Source: a virus
Taxonomy: Duplodnaviria; Caudoviricetes
Reading direction: 5' to 3' (one strand)
Virus record (IMG/VR): IMGVR_UViG_3300032320_000927
Location: 1 to 26,771 of that record
Length of the DNA: 26,771 bases
Each line of letters opens with the position of its first letter. The stretch's first letter is position 1. The notes under the pieces are model-generated. The model had not been told where the DNA came from, made no database searches, and saw only the letters and a program-made list of their open reading frames with translations. Below, piece by piece: positions 25,629 through 26,771 of the stretch. Both the position numbers and the translations under genes were made by a program.

Positions 25629-26771
25629 TTAAAATTCTATTACAAGATGTAAATTATCTGTCTGTTCTGTTGTTCTAGTTATCGGAGACTTATTTTCTAT
25701 GTAAAGAATATCGCCTTTGTTTTTCATTACTTCGGGGTACAATAAATTTGAAACTATTGCTATTGCCCCTGATGTTTTTCCTATAATAGTTTCGCCGGGA
25801 ACAAAACTACTATAATTACTTGTTAAATCAAAATTTTGAATAAATTTAATATAACCATTTCCTCCAGTTATATTAGATACAACCACAAAAGCATTTGCGC
25901 TGCTAAGTCCGCCCTGCACATATTCATACTGACTAAAATTATTAGATGCAGATCTTAATGATATTCCCGATAATGCACTTAGTGTTGTTGATGTAGATAT
26001 TGATCCATTTGCGTTTATTGGGTTCTTTACAATTCCTAATATACGATAAGAAAAGCTTCCGGGAAAATCTCCAAATCCTTCGGTATAAGTTGTTTTACAA
26101 TTTATCATTAACCGCCTTGCGTTTAATTCTAAAACAGGATCATACCCATGTCCATTTTGAGGACTTATTACTGGTTGTATATTTGCATATCTTCCGCTAT
26201 CTGTATTATCCACTAACCTCGCAGTAGCATATCTATAATTTATTCCAGTATTAAAGTAAACAATATCATATAATACACCTAAATCTATTTTAGGAGAGGC
26301 TGATGCGGATGATCCATCGCCGTCAATTACTATAATAGAGGTAGGGTCGTAACCAAAACCAGTATTCAATATTTTTATATGTTCAATTCCCCCAGGGTTT
26401 GCGCTTGCAATTACAAGATCATTTGATAATACCGGCATCCATTTATTAGTTAAGAATTTTAACCTATCACCTATGCCGATGGAATACATATATTTCCAAC
26501 GATATCCATCTGACAAAGTTACTATATCTAAATTACTACCTGTGGGCTCAATTAAAGATTGTTGATCATTATTATGTATGCATTTATATACATTGAATTC
26601 AGAATTTATAACATAAAAAGCTTTACTAAAAAGATCCGGATCTAAATTATCATATGCCGCGTATTTTGTAAATTTTTCCCAAGTTATTCTTTTAACGACA
26701 TGGGCAATATCCGAAGGTACTATTCTTTTTAAACTTATCATTTCGTCCCAAGCTTTGGCAGAATCCAAAGA
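25629..26771 (-). CDS. gp8: Baseplate wedge subunit (gp8-like), 5'-truncated by the window edge
   Basis: FYVINSEFNVYKCIHN, DGYRWKYMYSI, ISPQNGHGYDPVLEL, YRILGIVKNP, GDILYIENKSPITR..EQTDNLHLVIEF. The frame is open to the window end, so the TTG start in the track is not the true start. Confidence 0.88.
   Translation of the reverse strand, partial: SLDSAKAWDEMISLKRIVPSDIAHVVKRITWEKFTKYAAYDNLDPDLFSKAFYVINSEFNVYKCIHNNDQQSLIEPTGSNLDIVTLSDGYRWKYMYSIGIGDRLKFLTNKWMPVLSNDLVIASANPGGIEHIKILNTGFGYDPTSIIVIDGDGSSASASPKIDLGVLYDIVYFNTGINYRYATARLVDNTDSGRYANIQPVISPQNGHGYDPVLELNARRLMINCKTTYTEGFGDFPGSFSYRILGIVKNPINANGSISTSTTLSALSGISLRSASNNFSQYEYVQGGLSSANAFVVVSNITGGNGYIKFIQNFDLTSNYSSFVPGETIIGKTSGAIAIVSNLLYPEVMKNKGDILYIENKSPITRTTEQTDNLHLVIEF

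Noticed and set aside
10-26227. Other short plus-strand and nested ORFs in the track (e.g. 515-769, 1253-1546, 2787-2999, 3959-4213, 10776-11084, 21604-21828, 22135-22476, 23248-23538)
   Set aside because: All overlap well-supported minus-strand genes, carry no recognisable motifs and look like reverse-frame or alternate-frame artefacts.
1-26771. Alternative genetic code, CRISPR array, tRNAs or DGR repeats
   Set aside because: Core genes are full length in the standard code and gaps are too short for such arrays or RNAs. No nucleotide-level repeat arrays or template/variable repeat pairs were seen by eye.

Overview
Virion morphogenesis block of an AT-rich T4-like myovirus. Its gene order and content match the aquatic, cyanophage-like T4 superfamily more than T4 itself. 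All credible genes lie on the minus strand. In transcription order (right to left): gp8 baseplate wedge (5'-truncated), a VrlC/DUF4815-like structural protein split into two genes (the first ends in a long hydrophobic hairpin), a small coiled-coil protein, a 522-aa repeat fibre plus three unknown genes, a small beta-sandwich protein, gp13-gp14-gp15-gp16-gp17-gp18-gp19-gp20-gp67, two small head-region genes, gp21-gp22-gp23, a terminator, then gp3, a GT-A glycosyltransferase and uvsY. T4-type late promoters (TATAAATA/ATAAATA) precede several genes. Most notable: the split VrlC-like protein with a membrane-type C-terminus; a late glycosyltransferase with capsid-like codon usage alongside Asn-rich surface proteins; a fibre joining a gp9/gp10-type N-terminus to a gpJ-like C-terminus; bacterial cell-surface motifs inserted in tail proteins; and a near-consensus antisense sigma70 promoter between gp13 and gp14. 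Family assignments come from recalled motifs and synteny, not from database searches.
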